Of a DNA stretch of 64,000 bases, positions 37,416 to 47,640 are shown one piece after another. Origin of the DNA: an uncultured delta proteobacterium. Its GTDB lineage: Bacteria > Desulfobacterota > Syntrophia > Syntrophales > UBA5619. The notes beneath the pieces are model-generated. The model was given only the letters and a program-made list of their open reading frames with translations. It was not told where the DNA came from and searched no databases. Every line of letters begins with the position of its first letter. Within the stretch, counting starts at the first letter, position 1. A program made the position numbers and the translations under genes. Location: assembly GCA_963817385.1 (NCBI GenBank), contig CAWFOM010000005.1, positions 516,690 through 580,689 of the forward strand, given 5' to 3'.

Positions 37416-38160
37416 CATTGCAAAATCCTACTCCAATGTTCATGCATCCATCCAATAAAGAATACAAAGACCTGTTACTCCTAAACATTATGATATAATT
37501 TATTGATAAGAAGGTAGAGACAAGGTCTGGTGTAGGATATTTCTGTCATATAAAATCGTAAATATTTTAGATACTAAGGAACCATTTCAAGAAGCTTGCC
37601 GGTTAATATTGTATATACCAATGAAGGTTTTTTCATTCATAACTCAATCCGATCATTCTATCCATCTCGTTAAAATTCCTTTAATATTGAATCGATACGT
37701 TTGGTTACTTATAATGGTACGAATTTTGTAAAACTAATAGTTACGCGTCCCAATGACAAAATGAGTATCACCGTAGAATTTGAAATCCGGAAATTTCCCC
37801 GACGTGGTCTTATGAAGGAGGATAGATGATTTTGATGATTGTTTCATCGCTTCCCCTGAGTCGTGAAAAATCTCTCCATTCATCAGTGTAATCAAGCGAG
37901 GCCTCTTTTCGTGATCGATATCACACAATAAATGTGAATGAATTAACATAGATCAGCTCATTTTCTCTTGACGGGACCATAACCCATCTTTATCTTGGAA
38001 ACAAGAGATGCCGGGATGGCAAACCGAGATCATGCAAAGGTGTCGTTATTTAATTGATAGCCTCGATGATCTACAGGAAGTTTAGAGAAAGGAGGAGGAT
38101 CGAGGAAATTGTTAACGGTATTTGTTTAACGCAACTTACCATTCAAACAAGGAGGAGACT

Positions 38161-38757
38161 ATGAAAAAAATAGTAATTTTCATAATCGTAGTTATGCTGA
38201 CCGCCCTTACGTCTGTCGTAATGGCAGATGACTGGGGAAGCGAAAAAGCAGGCAGGCTGTTACTATTTCAAAAATGCGATGCCACCTTGACAGGTGAAGG
38301 TTATGATTCTTCGGGCTGTCCAACCGGAGATGGGCCGTGGCCCATTTATCCCGGCAATCGCAGAATGGGGAAGTTGAAATATACTTTATGGGGAACGAGT
38401 TTCAAATTTTTGTTTGAAGGGAAAAATCTTGAACCTAATAAAGATTACACGTTGATATATTATCCGGATCCTTGGCCGGGGAAAAATTTAGTCTGCTTAG
38501 GCAGCGGCAAGACCAATTCTAAGGGAAAGATAAAGATCCGTGATAGCAAGGATGAGGCTATCACGACCAGTTTGCCGGCAAGTGGTGACGCAAATTATAA
38601 GCTGGGTGCAAAGATTTGGCTGGTGCTTTCTGAGGATATCACATGTGGCACCGAGATGATTAACTGGAGACCGGCGTCGTACCTTTTCGAATACAATCTG
38701 ATCGTTTTCGAGAATAAGGAAGTGAACTTCGGAGGTGATGAGGAAGAAGAGGACTAA
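38161..38757 (+). CDS. Secreted hypothetical protein
   Basis: AAGGAGG RBS; signal peptide MKKIVIFIIVVMLTALTSVVMA; four Cys; acidic tail. Confidence 0.8.
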   Translation: MKKIVIFIIVVMLTALTSVVMADDWGSEKAGRLLLFQKCDATLTGEGYDSSGCPTGDGPWPIYPGNRRMGKLKYTLWGTSFKFLFEGKNLEPNKDYTLIYYPDPWPGKNLVCLGSGKTNSKGKIKIRDSKDEAITTSLPASGDANYKLGAKIWLVLSEDITCGTEMINWRPASYLFEYNLIVFENKEVNFGGDEEEED

Positions 38758-38806
38758 AACCTTAGACTAAAGCTTAAGAAGTAACGGAACATATAAAACG
38801 GTTAAA

Positions 38807-38846
38807 GTGCAGAAAGGCAGGGTCAGACGGCTCTGCCTTTCTGTAC
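38807..38846. terminator. Long hairpin between convergent genes
   Basis: GTGCAGAAAGGCAGGG...CTCTGCCTTTCTGTAC. Confidence 0.6.
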
Positions 38847-39021
38847 ACATTCTTAGCGGTAATCATCAACTTGCAGATGCCCCTGGGAGTGAATGTTAGT
38901 AGGCGCCGTTCTTGTCAAGGTCCGGCGCATGTCATTATTTTCTTCGATCGCACCTGCGCTGTACGGGTTAAAATCTGCTTCACAAGAACAATTTCCCAAA
39001 ACAAGACCCAAAAAAAAATGA

Positions 39022-40131
39022 CTAACTATGCGTGTCACCGATCCGCAGTACGGGCTTGATGGTATCGCCTTTCCGGGAATCGGCGATGGCTCGGTCGATG
39101 TCGGCGAAGGGGTAGAACTTGACGAGGCGGTCAAAGGGGAACCGCCCCGCCCGATAGAGATCGATCAGCCGGGGGATGAAGCGCTGAGGAACGGCGTCGC
39201 CCTGGATGATACCGACGGCCTTGCGTCCCTCGGAAAAAGTCCGGTCCGTCATGTCGCCGGTGAGGAGGGCGACGCGGCCCCTGGGCTTCAGGGCGGCGAC
39301 GGCCAGGCGGACCATCTCCGGCTCGCCCGTCGTATCCACCACAAAGTTGACGCCGCTTCCGGTGATCTTGGCGATGCGGGCGGCGATGTCTTCGCGGCGG
39401 GCATCGATCACGTCGGTGGCCCCGAGCTCTCGGGCGAGATCGAGGCGCTTGGGCTTGATGTCTACGCCGATGATCGGCCCGGCGCCGACGAGGCGCGCCG
39501 CCATGACGGCCGCCAAGCCCACCGCCCCCGTGCCGAAGATGGCGATGCCGGCCCCGGCCGGGACCTTGAACGAGTTCATCACCGTCCCGGCCCCGGTCTG
39601 CAGGCCGCAGCCCAGGGGCGCCAGGAGCTCCAGGGGAAGGTCCCGGGGAACCGGGACGAGGTTGCGCTTCGTCGCCAGGCTGTGGGTGGAAAAGGAGGAC
39701 TGGCCGAAGAAGTGGCCGCGGACGCCGCTTCGCTCCAGCGCGTTCGTGCCGTCCGGGCGAGCGAAGCCGAAGTTCACCTCGGAGAGGCGCTCGCAGTCCG
39801 CGGGGCGCCCGTGCCGGCAGGGCGAACAGCGCCCGCAGGATTGGTAGGACATGACCACGTGATCGCCCGGCCGGACGCCCTTCACGCCCCTTCCGACCTC
39901 CTCGACGACCCCCGCCCCCTCATGGCCCAGGACGACCGGCGTGTCGGAACTGCACCAGTCGTCGACAAAGCCGATATCGGTGTGGCAGATCCCCGAGGCA
40001 ACCAGGCGGACGAGGATTTCGTCGGCTCGCGGCCCCTCCATCTCGATGGTCTCGATCTTCATAGGAACGTCCCGCCGGCGCAGGACCGCCGCCCGGATCT
40101 TGTGGACCGGAATGTCGGATGAATGATTCAT
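39022..40131 (-). CDS. Zn-dependent NAD(P) alcohol dehydrogenase (aryl-alcohol dehydrogenase-like)
   Basis: GICHTD, LGHEG, CGRCSPC...C, FFGQSSF, PLGCGLQTGAG, GTGAVG. Confidence 0.93.
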   Translation of the reverse strand: MNHSSDIPVHKIRAAVLRRRDVPMKIETIEMEGPRADEILVRLVASGICHTDIGFVDDWCSSDTPVVLGHEGAGVVEEVGRGVKGVRPGDHVVMSYQSCGRCSPCRHGRPADCERLSEVNFGFARPDGTNALERSGVRGHFFGQSSFSTHSLATKRNLVPVPRDLPLELLAPLGCGLQTGAGTVMNSFKVPAGAGIAIFGTGAVGLAAVMAARLVGAGPIIGVDIKPKRLDLARELGATDVIDARREDIAARIAKITGSGVNFVVDTTGEPEMVRLAVAALKPRGRVALLTGDMTDRTFSEGRKAVGIIQGDAVPQRFIPRLIDLYRAGRFPFDRLVKFYPFADIDRAIADSRKGDTIKPVLRIGDTHS

Positions 40132-40266
40132 TGTCCTCTCCAGAACATCATTTCATTATATGCAAGCAGTTTTGTGTATAACCGGATGAAGATAAGATTA
40201 AACCCTTTGAACACAACAACTTCCAATTGAGGCAGAAGGTCGAACAAAACACTCAGCCGCAAAGCG

Positions 40267-41166
40267 TCAGTGAGGTTTGTGACCTTCCCTCTTCAGTTTG
40301 CGCATCTCCGCCAAGAGCTTGTCATAGTCCTCGCCCTGAGTCTGAAGAGGCTCCTCTCCGACGGCGGCGTCGAATAGCTCTTCCAGCTTCTTGAGCTGCT
40401 CCAGGGCTGTCGCGTTTTGGCTGAAAGCCTTATCCATCATCTCCACCAAAGCCTCGCCGGCTACTCTGAGGTCACTCATGTCGATGTCAAGGCCCACCAG
40501 AGTGATGATGTTCTTCAGCAGGTCATAGCAGGCTTTTGTGTTCAGGTCCTGGATATAGAGCGGCGTTCTGGCGGAGATGCCTGCCATCTCTATCCCCTGC
40601 TCACGGGCGACGGTGAGCAGCATCGTATTGAAACTACTGGGACCTTCATAATCGGTAAACCGTGCGAAGGTCTTGAGCTCATCTTTCAGTCGTGGATGGC
40701 TGACCGTGGCCATGATCCTCGTTTGCCTGGTGTGAGGCACCTGATCGAAGATACCGCCCAGGGAATAGATCCTCGGGGCCTGGAATTGCCGGGCCACATC
40801 GGCGATAGCCTGAGCGTATGCCGGCCAGTCCAGATTCGGCTCGACACCCAGGAAGAGAATGAGATCGTGGGCGGCGCCGCTCTTCCAGAAGAAGAATTCG
40901 TTGCGCGGCAAATCGAGCTTTCTCACGAGTCCTTCCTTGATTTTTACCAGGGGCCGCATGGTTTGCTCCGCCGGGGAACTCGGAATCTGATAGACGTAGA
41001 AACCCGTTGGCTCGATGTACGCGAAGGGACGGGCGCCGAGCTTGCGCCGCAGATAGTCGATGCTGCCCGTGGATACCTCGCCCGCATTGAGCCAGCCCTT
41101 GAGGCCGACCAGGATGTACGGAGCGATGAGTTCAGGTTTGTCTTGGATGATAAGACGTTCAGCCAT
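40267..41166 (-). CDS. PAC2 (proteasome assembly chaperone-like) family protein
   Basis: GLKGWLNAGEVS, RPLVKIKEG, GVEPNLDW, VPHTR, DYEGP, PLY. Confidence 0.85.
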   Translation of the reverse strand: MAERLIIQDKPELIAPYILVGLKGWLNAGEVSTGSIDYLRRKLGARPFAYIEPTGFYVYQIPSSPAEQTMRPLVKIKEGLVRKLDLPRNEFFFWKSGAAHDLILFLGVEPNLDWPAYAQAIADVARQFQAPRIYSLGGIFDQVPHTRQTRIMATVSHPRLKDELKTFARFTDYEGPSSFNTMLLTVAREQGIEMAGISARTPLYIQDLNTKACYDLLKNIITLVGLDIDMSDLRVAGEALVEMMDKAFSQNATALEQLKKLEELFDAAVGEEPLQTQGEDYDKLLAEMRKLKREGHKPH

Positions 41167-41389
41167 GCCGTCCTCCCCTGCCTGAGTGATATTCCCTGAC
41201 CCACGTGTACGTGTAACTTCTGCTTCTTTATTACTATGTTCCTCTGCGCCCGTCAACTATCCCCACCCAAGGTGCTTGAGGTGTTGGATGATGGTGAATA
41301 AGGAAAGTATTATAGCGGCGAGCGGATCGGCATGCTGTTCGTGGGGCACGTTTCGGGAAAAACGGCGCAGGTCGGACAGGAAGGGATGA

Positions 41390-42261
41390 TCAAGGGGGAA
41401 CGAGATCCCGCAGGGCGGCGATGAGGGCCGCCGGGTTGTCGAAGGCGGGGCCGGAGGCGGGCGGTTCCGGCCGGCGGATGACGATGACGTGGGCGTTTGC
41501 CCGATTGGCCGCGGCGAGCTTGGCGTCGAAGCCGCCGGCCCGGCCGCTCTCCTTGGTGACGATCACGCCGATCCCGAACCGGCGGATGGCGGCGAGGTTC
41601 TCCTCCACCGAAAAGGGGCCGCGCCCGGTGATGATCCGCTCTTCCGGGATGCCCGCCGCCCGGCAGGCCGCGAGCGACTCCGGGGCGTCGAGGACGCGGA
41701 CGGCGAAGCGGGACGCCGGTCCGGCGGGCGGCTTCTGCGTAGGGGGTGAGGTTTCGGGAGCCCGTCGTCAGGAGGACCGGCCGGCCGAGGGCGAAGGCCA
41801 TCGCCGCGGCCTCGGTGTGGCCGGCGGCGAAACGGACCGGGCTTCCCGAGGCGTTTATGCCACCGTCTCCGGTGGAGGCGGGACGGCCTTCGTCCGTGGC
41901 AGGCATCGCACCGCCGTCGGAAACGGTGCCGGGGCGACGGTCGTCATCCGGCGTCAGCGCCTCCGGCCGCCGGAAGACGAGGCAGGGAATTCCGAGGCGC
42001 CGGGCCGCGTTTGCCGCCGCTGCATGGGCGGCGACGGCGTAGGGGTGGGCGGCGTCTACGATCGCCCGGATACCCCGTTCCTTCCCGAGTCGCGACCAGC
42101 CCCTCTTCATCGAGGCGCCCCGTCCGCCGGGAGATCCGGGGATGGTCGCCGATCGCCAGCGGGGTCGCGGTCGCCGTCGAGACGAGGACCTCGTATCCCG
42201 CCGCGGCGAGGCCGGAGGCGAGGGGGGCCGTTTCGCTTGTCCCGCCGATCAAAAGAATCAT
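41390..42261 (-). CDS. cbiJ: Cobalt-precorrin-6A reductase, frameshifted
   Basis: MILLIGGTSE, VDAAHPYA, LTTGSRNL and VTKESGRAGG..KL split over frames. Confidence 0.88.
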
Positions 42262-42975
42262 ACCCGGTAGCCCCTGGGCGTCACAAACCACTCCGCGATC
42301 CGCCGGGTCGAGCGGTTTCCGATGATCACGACGCTCTGCATGGCGATGGGAAGCGCGAGGAAGTGGTCCAGGTCGGACAGGAGGACCTGCTCCTCCGGCG
42401 AGCCCAGGGCGGTGCCCACGCCCACGGGGGTGGTCCCGGGGCGGTGGCGGCGGAAGATCGCCGCCGCCTCGTCGAGCTGGCGGGTGCGCTTCTGCGACCG
42501 GGGGTTGTAGATCGCCGCGACCAGGTCGGCGGCGGCGACGGCCTCCAGCCGCTGCCGGATCTGCTCCCAGGGGACGAGGAGATCGCTCATGCTCAAGACG
42601 GCGAAGTCGCACATGAGCGGCGCCCCGAGGCGCGCGGCGAGAGCGCCGGCGGCCGTGACGCCGGGGACGATCTCGATGGGGACGGAGATCCCCTCCCCGG
42701 CGGCGAGCTCCAGGACGAGGCCCGCCATCCCGTAGACGCCCGGATCCCCCGAGGAGATCAGGGAGACGGTCTTTCCCTCCTGCGCCCGCGTCGAGGGCGA
42801 GGCGGCAGCGCTCCCTCTCGCGGGTCATCCCCGTGGCGATCAGCTCCTTTCCCGCCGTGATGTCCGAGACGAGCTCCACGTACCGGGTGTAGCCCACGAC
42901 GCAGTCGCTTGCCGCGATTGCCTCCTCGGCGCGGCGGGTCCGGTCTAACGGGCCTCCGGGGCCGATTCCGACCAC
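42258..42975 (-). CDS. cbiH: Precorrin-3B C17-methyltransferase, frameshift near 42780
   Basis: VVGIGPG, VGYTRY, GMTRERER, PGVTAA, LGAPLMCDFA, SDLLVPW, YNPRS, TPRGY; the GTG start is inferred. Confidence 0.9.
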
Positions 42976-43089
42976 GAAAAGCCTTCCCGGGCGAGGGCGA
43001 TCGTGATTCCGTTGTACGTTTTCTTTCTGCAAAGGTAGTGGGTCCTCCTTCCCGCCGGCAGCGCCGCCGGTTCGGCGACGGCCGGCAGA
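42914..43089. repeat. Copy 1 of an imperfect ~176-bp direct repeat (cbiG end / cbiH start)
   Basis: Aligns by eye with 44142-44318 at roughly 90% identity. Confidence 0.9.
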
Positions 43090-43131
43090 CGGCTGATCGG
43101 TCCCGAGGGCGTCGACACTGCCGACAGTGCC

Positions 43132-44064
43132 TCATGCATTGCCTTTCGTGCCGGGTGCGCCGGCTGTGGAAATGGTAATGCCGGTAAAAATCAATGCCGC
43201 ACCGACCAGATGAAAAAGATGCAGCCGCTCGCCGAGAAACGTGATGGCGAGCACGACCCCAAACACCGGCACCAGATGCAGGAACAGCCCGGCGCGATTG
43301 GCGCCGATCTGCTGCACCCCGCGGTTCCAGAACAGATAGGCCAGAATGGACGGAAAGACCGCGAAATAAACCATTCCGGCGCCGGTTGCCGCATTCCATA
43401 CGGCGACGCGGCCGCTCGCCAGTTCGACCAGGTAGAGCGGCAGCATGAGGAGCACGATGCCGCCGACGACCGCGGCGCCGAGGAACGCCAGGGTGCCGAT
43501 GCCGGCGGGCCGCCATCGCAAGAGCACCGTATAAAGCGCCCACGTACATGCGCCGCCGACCAGCAGCAGATCCCCGTGGTTGAAATCGAGCCGCACCAGC
43601 ACCGCGATATCGCCGCGGCTGACAATCCCGACGACACCCGCCAGCGACAGCAGGATGCCGACCTGCTGCCGGCGCGTCATCCTGACGCCGAACAGCACCC
43701 GCCCGATGAGCACGATCAAAAGCGGCGTCATCGAGTTGATCAGCACGCCGTTGGTTGCGGTCGTGGTCTGCAGCGCCGCGTACAGAAACGTGTTGTAGCA
43801 GCCCACGCCCAGCACACCGAGCATCGCCAGGCGCATCCAGTTGGCGCGCAGCAGCGCGCGCTGCTCGTACATCGGCCGCAGGACAAACGGGAACAGCAGC
43901 AGCAGGGCCAGCACCCAGCGCCAGAACGCCATTGTTGCCGGCGGCAGCAGAGTATGCAGCGCGCGCGCCATCACCGCGTTCCCCGCCCAGAACAGCGCGG
44001 TCAGCGTCAGCAGCAGATACGGCGATGCGTTCGCCAGGCGCGGTAACCTGTTATTCATTATCAA
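43132..44064 (-). CDS. DMT/EamA family transporter
   Basis: 10 TM segments; LFWAGN, AFWRW, LQTTTATNG, GDLL, WNRGV..IGA. Confidence 0.92.
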   Translation of the reverse strand: MIMNNRLPRLANASPYLLLTLTALFWAGNAVMARALHTLLPPATMAFWRWVLALLLLFPFVLRPMYEQRALLRANWMRLAMLGVLGVGCYNTFLYAALQTTTATNGVLINSMTPLLIVLIGRVLFGVRMTRRQQVGILLSLAGVVGIVSRGDIAVLVRLDFNHGDLLLVGGACTWALYTVLLRWRPAGIGTLAFLGAAVVGGIVLLMLPLYLVELASGRVAVWNAATGAGMVYFAVFPSILAYLFWNRGVQQIGANRAGLFLHLVPVFGVVLAITFLGERLHLFHLVGAALIFTGITISTAGAPGTKGNA

Positions 44065-44065
44065 A

Positions 44066-45132
44066 TTACCTCACAGTCAACCACGTAAACGCCGGGAACT
44101 GTAATGCATCCGCGTTCAGCCGCACGGCACCGGCGTCCTCAGCGATTACCTCCGCGGCGCGGCCGGTCCGGTCTAACGGACCTCCGGGACCGAGTCCGCC
44201 CACGGAAAGCCTTCCCGGGCGAGTGCGATCGTGATTCCGTTGTACGTCTTTCTTCCTGCAAATGAATCGGGTCCTCCTTCCCGCCAGAAGCGCCGCCGGT
44301 TCGGCGACGGCCGGCAGATTCACCTTTTCTTCCACAAAATCCGAATGCGAAAATTCACGCGTGGAGGCGCGTATCTCCGCCGAGGGAATGAATCGGACCG
44401 GAACGCCGAGCGCCTCCGCGGCGGCGAGAAGCCCCGCCTCGTCCGCCTTGAGATCCGCCGAGGCGAGAAGGCGGACCTCTTCGAGGGCGACGCCGGCTTC
44501 CGCCAGGGCCTCGCGGACGGCCGCGACGATCCGCTCCGCTGGCGTTCCCCGGCGGCAGCCGATTCCGACGATGACACTCTTGAGCGCCTCGGTCGTCGTC
44601 GTGATGACGGGCTCCGCGCCGAGGATGTTCGCCACCCGGATCGCAAGCGCGTTCGCCCCCCCTTCGTGGCCGGAGAGGAGGCTCACCGCCCAGCGGCCCC
44701 CCGCGTCGAGAACGACGACGGCCGGGTCCTCGTATTTGCTCCGGATGAGCGGGGCGATCGCCCGGACGACGACGCCCGCGGGGGCGGCGTAGACAAGCCC
44801 CCGGCAGACGGGGAAGAGGGCCGCGGTAAGATCGGCGATACGTGTGAAGCGCTCCGCCGTCGGGGCCTCCTGAGTCTCCCGCGCCGATTCACTCCGGTTA
44901 CCCGTCCGCTCGTTCCGGTGCGATTCCCGGTGGATTGGCTCATGCCGGATAATCCGACTCATGTCCGACTTTCGCTCGACCGACCCACTCCGGCCCGGGT
45001 CTCGTGACTCGTCTCGCCTGATTCGTCCCGGACCGACTCATGAATGTAAAGCCGCGCCCCCGGGAGAGCGGCCGCAAGCGGGGCGAGGAGCCTCGCCCCC
45101 TCGGCGGACAGGGTGATGAGCGCGGTCGTCAT
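44066..45132 (-). CDS. cbiG: Cobalt-precorrin-5A hydrolase, frameshifted, with an N-terminal insertion; 3' end uncertain
   Basis: ATG at 45132 MTTALITLSAEG; GVVVRAIAP...DPAVVVLD...LLSGHEGGAN; GIGCRRG; VAEPAA. Confidence 0.88.
44142..44318. repeat. Copy 2 of the ~176-bp direct repeat
   Basis: Aligns with 42914-43089. Confidence 0.9.
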
Positions 45133-45138
45133 CGGCGG

Positions 45139-45898
45139 TCACGGCGTCTTTCCCTTCCGGAAGCCGTGGGAGAAGGCGGCGTCGTAGAGCTTCGAGGCGG
45201 GGACGTCGCGCCCGAGCGCCCTCCCCACGATGATCAGCGCCGTCGAGCGGATCCCGTCGGCTTCGGTTTTGGCCGCGATGTCGGCGAGCGTTCCCCGGAT
45301 CAGCAGTTCCTCCGGCCAGGAGGCGCGGTAGACGACGGCGGCGGGGCAGTCCGCCCCGTAATGGGCGGCGAGGGTCGCGGCCACCTCCGGGATCTTCTCG
45401 ATCGACAGGAAGATGCAGAGGGTCGCGTGCGTCCGGGCGATCCGGTCGAGCTCCTGCTCCTCGGGGAGCGGCGTCCGGCCCGCGGTCCGGGTGAGGATGA
45501 TCGTCTGGGAGATCTCCGGGGCGGTCAGCTCCGTCTTGAGGGCGGCCGCCGCGGCCTGGAAGGAGCTCACCCCCGGGCAGACGTCGTAGGGGATCCCCAG
45601 GGCGTCGAGGGCGTTCATCTGCTCGCGGGTCGCCCCGTAGATCGAGGGGTCGCCGGAGTGGAGGCGGACGACGTCGATCCCGCGCTCGCGGGCGTCCTTA
45701 TAGACGGCGACGACCTCCTCGTGGGACATCCGCGCCGAGTCGTGGCGCTCGGCCGTCATCCGGGATGAGGGCGAGGACCCCGGGGCTCACGAGCGACCCC
45801 GCGTAGACGCAGATCCGGCAGGCCGCGAGCAGCCGCGCGGCCTTCAGCGTCAGGAGCTCCGGGTCCCCCGGACCCGCGCCGACGAAATGGACGATCAT
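45139..45898 (-). CDS. cbiF: Precorrin-4 C11-methyltransferase, frameshift near 45760
   Basis: MIVHFVGAGPGDPELLT, YAGSLV, RLHSGDPSIYGA..EQ, PGVSSF, SQTIILTR, SKLY...F.HGFR; AAGGAG RBS. Confidence 0.92.
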
Positions 45899-47473
45899 CT
45901 TGTTTTCTCCTTTCAATAATCCATCGAGCGTTTTCAGCGTTTCGGTCCGCTCTCCGCCGTTCCTCGTTGCCTTCGCTCGTTTCGCGATGTGCTCGCTCCC
46001 TTTTTGGGTCAGCCGGTATTTCTGTTTGCTGCTTGTGGGTTTGCCGGGAATGGTCATTTCGATCATACCGGCAGTGAGCGCCGGAATGAGATAAGCCTCC
46101 CTGAAGTAGTCTTCATGCCGGAGGGCCAGAGCCTTCTGGATTTCGGTACGCTTCATTTCTCCAACCAGTACCGTCATGAGCCTCTGAACTTCCCCGGCGA
46201 CTTCCCCGGTGACTTCCCCGGTGGCTTCCCCGGTAATCCCGCCGACGGCTTGGAAGGCCAGTTCAGGTTTTCTTCGGATAGTAACCACAAAGCCGTCCGT
46301 AAGGGCAAACTCCGGTTCGTCAAGGCCGACATTGCGGCAGCGCTTGATCATATCACCTGTTCCGGTACCCATGCGTTCGATGTACTTGGTCAGATAGAGC
46401 GGCTCGGCCAATAAGGGATTACAGGGCACTGAGCCGTGGGGCTTTCGCAGCTTTGCAAGGGTCAGGGGCGGCGAAAGGGTGCCGGGGTTCCAGACCTCCA
46501 GCCGGTTCGCAAAGAGCATCACCTGTACGCTGCCGTTGCTCGTATAGTCCCGATGGGCCACGGCATTGACAATGGCCTCGCGAATCACTTCCGGGGGTAT
46601 CTCGTAGGCCACGGGCGCTTGAACGCTCTGGGCGCGGGTTCCGACAGCGAGATTGATTTTGGAGAGCACGAAATCAACAGCCTGATCTACCAGGTCAAAG
46701 ACTGTTCCCTTGTAAATTCGATAAAAAGGAATGGGTTTGGTTACCTCAACACCATGAAAATGGGCGCACTTGATCTCGGAGGAAATAAGGAAACGCTGCG
46801 GCTGCCTTCCAAAGAGCAGGACTGCCGCATGGCTCGGTCTTTCTTTATCCAGGAGATTCAGATGAGTAAGGACCTCCATCGCCGTAGATTCTTCGGGCAG
46901 CGGGAAGCCTCTGGCCCGTCGGGCACGACTCAGAAACGTGCGTATCTTCTCTTCATCCAGATCGTCAATGGTGGCATTCCTGCAGAAAGAGGCGTCAAAA
47001 GGCACGGAACGTATCAATTCGTGTTCATCAAGGTATTGGACAAGGCTTCCGTACATCGCGGCGACCAGCTCCGCAGCGCTGACAAAGCGGCGTCTTACCA
47101 CCTGATCTCCTGCTTCCTTGATAAGGGCTTGCATTTTGGGGGCCTTGCCGTGATCGTCGGCGCCTCTGACAAAAATGAGACGGTGCTTCCCGAGCCGTGT
47201 CGCAAAATCGAATTCCCGGTGGGTAGGAGAATACCCTTTCTCGCCTTCCTTTCCGTATTCTTTCCCGAAGAGCCCCACGTAAATGTCGCATCGTTCAACT
47301 TCGTGGAGATAGACCTCATCGGCCCGTCTGTCAACGGCGGGCACGTCTTCAAAAAGAAATACATCGAAGAACCGCCTTAAGAGAGGATCTCCCCGGAGAA
47401 ATTCCCTCAGCGCCTTTCGCTCTGCGGCAAACTCCTTCTGGACGCTGCTGATAAAGATGCGGATCGCGTTCAT
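45899..47473 (-). CDS. DUF4062-like domain + 'RecG C-terminal'/HATPase_c_4-like domain + C-terminal HTH; no stop before cbiF
   Basis: IFISSVQKEF..ER, CDIYVGLFG..YG, SPTHREF; IREAIVNAVAHRDY, RLEVWNPG, NPLLAE, IERMGTG; YL.PAL..G.IEMTIP.KP.S..QKYRLT. Confidence 0.8.
46188..46235. repeat. Four tandem 12-bp repeats encoding a TGEA/TGEV linker
   Basis: (A/G)CTTCCCCGG(C/T)(G/A) x4. Confidence 0.85.
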
Positions 47474-47640
47474 GGTGCCACTCCCGGATATCCCAAAGTC
47501 CTCAGAAACCCGTCCAGTGTCTTCAGGGTTTCGGGACACTCCCGTTCCACAAGTTCGCGGCCGGAGACGGCGTATTTGTCCCAGAGGTTTTCCGCTGCGG
47601 CGACGAGGCCGCGCTTTTCGGCGTTGAGGTAGCTGTTCAG
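47470..47640 (-). pseudogene. Probable C-terminal remnant of a type I R-M methyltransferase (HsdM)
   Basis: YLNAEKR.LV...ENLWDKYAVS..EL..E..ETLKTLDGFL..LGY; the ENLWDKY...LGY tail is recalled from HsdM proteins, not searched. Confidence 0.6.

Noticed and set aside
44066..44260. CbiG-CbiH fusion protein
   Set aside because: One extra base relative to the duplicate copy shifts cbiG into a degenerate cbiH start that ends after about 35 codons
46188..46235. Possible CRISPR or contingency repeat
   Set aside because: In-frame 12-bp coding repeats without spacers; a typical tetrapeptide linker
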